From NCBI RefSeq assembly GCF_030028105.1, contig NC_092373.1:138514278-138578277 (forward strand): a stretch of 64,000 nt of DNA. Direction: 5' to 3'. The translations under genes and the position numbers were made by a program. Position 1 is the first letter of the stretch. Every line of letters starts with the position of its first letter. Below are positions 61,931 to 64,000 of the stretch, in pieces. Source of the DNA: Mobula birostris. Its lineage: Eukaryota. The notes beneath the pieces are model-generated. The model saw only the letters and a program-made list of their open reading frames with translations, made no database searches and was not told where the DNA came from.

Positions 61931-62284
61931 CTATGAGGAAGTTCCTAAACATCCGTGCAGGATTACCTCCTTCCTCCTTTCATCTGAGAGGTGAAACTGT
62001 TAATGTTTAGCAAAGATATTCAACTGGTTGGTTGCCTTCTGAATCTTTCCGCTTGTGCAGATCTTAAGGCTGTGCCCATTTCCCTGGGCCCTGGGTTTGC
62101 ATGCTGCCCTGTCTATAGCACCAGCCATTGCTGACAGTGGACAAAGTTGTACAGCATGCAGGGCATCACAGTACAGTATTCGTACTGGATAGAACAGCAA
62201 GGCATCTGTAAACTCTTAGAGGCAATGAAGTCTCACTTTTGGAATACCAGTGGCTTGTTCCACTCTGAGCCTGGTACTTGCACC

Positions 62285-63443
62285 TACCTGAATCTACAGT
62301 CACTGTCGTGGATGTAAGATCAGTCCTCTGGATGGTGAACCCCTGAAGAGCATCCGGCCTGAATGGTGTCTCTGGCCATGTCATAAGATCCTGTGCAGAT
62401 CAGCTTGTGCAATATTTGCAGGCTTTCTTAAACTCTCACTGCTTCAGACTGTGGTTCCGCCCTGCTTTAAGATCACTATTATCGCAGTACCCAAGAAAAA
62501 AAGGTAATGTGCTTTAATGATGACCGTCCAGTGAATCTAACCTCTACCATCATGAAGTGCTTCAGGAGGCTAGTCATGGCATACATCATCTCCAGCTTTC
62601 CAGACGCTCAACCCAGAGCAATTTGCCTACTTCTGAAACAGGTTTATGATGACATGGACTTCCTGGCCCTACATTTGTCTCTGGAGCATCTAGACAGTAA
62701 ATACATTTACGTCAGACTATTGGTTATTAACTATAGTTCCTCCTTCAAGATGATTATTCCAAACAAAATCATCAATCTCTGGATCCTGGGAGTTAATGCC
62801 TCTCTCTGCAAATGGATCCTTGACTTTCTGACTAACAGACCACAATCAGTAAGGATTGGCAATAATACCTCTATCACAATTCTTCAAAATATCAGTGCTC
62901 CACAAGGTTGCGTCCTTAGTGCCCGACTCTACTCCCTGTACCTGGTGAGATACTGCTCTAACTCCATCTACAAATTTGCAGGTGAAGTGGGCTACATCTC
63001 AAATGACGATGAGATGGAGTACAGGAAGGAGACAGAGAGCTTAGTGACACGCTGCCATGACAACAACCTTTCCCTCAATGTCAATAAAACAAAAGAGCTG
63101 GTCATTGACTTCAGAAAGAAGGGTGGTGCACATGCTCCAATCCACATCAACAGTGTTGAGAGTGAGAGGGTTGAGAACTTCAAGTTCCTCGGTGTGAACT
63201 TCACCAACAGCCTGTCCGTATCCTACCACATTGATGTCATGGCCAAGAAAGCTCACTAATTCCTCAGAGGTGAAAGAAATTCAGCACATCCTCATTGACT
63301 CTTACCAATTTTTATCGATGCAACATTGAACACATTCTGTCTGGTTGCATGACAACTTGATTTGGCAACTGCTCTGCACGTGGCCAGAGGAAACTTTAGA
63401 GAGGTATGGACCCAGCTCAGCATATCACCAGAACCAGCTTCCC
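62285..63443 (+). mobile_element. Older Rex1-type LINE RT fragment
   Basis: ORF 62507-63259 (APQGCVLS, LSLNVNKTKELVIDF, FKFLGV). Confidence 0.85.
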
Positions 63444-64000
63444 CTGAGTCATGTCATCTGCTGAAACCCTCTGATGACAGCAATAGTTGGGTGTATAAAA
63501 GGAGGACTGGAGGACGAATACATGGCACTGGTGGAGGACTTTGTCAAATGGTGCAAGCTAAATCATCTGCACCTCAACATCTGTAAGACAACGGAGATTG
63601 TGATGGACTTTAGGAAGACTAAGCCTGCACTGTTCCCTGTTACTATTGATGGTGAGGATGTGGATATAGTGAGGACCTACAAGTACCTGGGGGTACACCT
63701 GGATGGCAGACTTGAGGGAGCACCAACACAGAGGCTGTGTACAAGAAGGGCCAGAGTTGCCTCTACTTCCTGAGGAGACTGAGGTCCTTTGGAGTATGCA
63801 GGCCTTTCCTTATATGTTCTACCAGTCTGTTCTCACCAGTGCAATCTTCTATGTGGTGGTGTGCTGTGGCAATGGTGTCTACATGGGTGATGCCAACAGG
63901 CTCATAAGCTGATTAAAAAGGCAGTCTCTGTTACAGGAGTCAAACTGGACACACTGGAGGCTGTGGTAGAACAAAGGACCCTACGGAAAATCCTGGCAAA
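63444..64000 (+). mobile_element. Rex1-type LINE fragment running off the window
   Basis: ESCHLLKPSDD, AIVGCI, LHLNICKTTEIVMDF, YKYLGV and FYQSVLTSAIFY motifs. Confidence 0.85.

Noticed and set aside
1-64000. CRISPR array, tRNA/rRNA genes, prokaryotic operons or an endogenous non-retroviral virus
   Set aside because: No regularly spaced repeats, cloverleaf or rRNA sequence, and no long non-TE ORFs; the recurring short repeats are dispersed PLE termini and LINE tails.

Overview
Repeat-dense vertebrate genomic DNA, most likely an intron or gene desert. The repeat mix suggests a cartilaginous fish, probably a ray; this is inferred, not database-confirmed. No intact host protein-coding gene, rRNA, tRNA or CRISPR array is recognisable, and the longer ORFs I can recognise are retroelement fragments or their antisense shadows. 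Contents: many Rex1/Babar-type and CR1 LINE fragments (some nested), an RTE relic, SINE relics, a decayed sushi-like Ty3/Gypsy chromovirus with both LTRs and a nested solo LTR, Tc1 and Tigger deletion derivatives, and about 14 pieces of Penelope-like elements (PLEs). The main hidden structure is in the PLE pieces. They carry a minimal type I hammerhead ribozyme motif (reconstructed consensus CAGTC-CTGATGA-AGGG-TCTCGG-CCC-GAAA-CGTC-GACTG) and also occur as tiny, often fold-back, ORF-less inserts with 10-13 bp target-site duplications (TSDs), down to a 19-bp insert. Every hammerhead copy is mutated, often at CpG sites overlapping catalytic positions. PLE hammerheads are a known phenomenon; whether this mini-element family is described cannot be judged without a search. 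A few weak candidate host exons and enhancers are flagged. Boundaries of old repeats are approximate (tens of bp).
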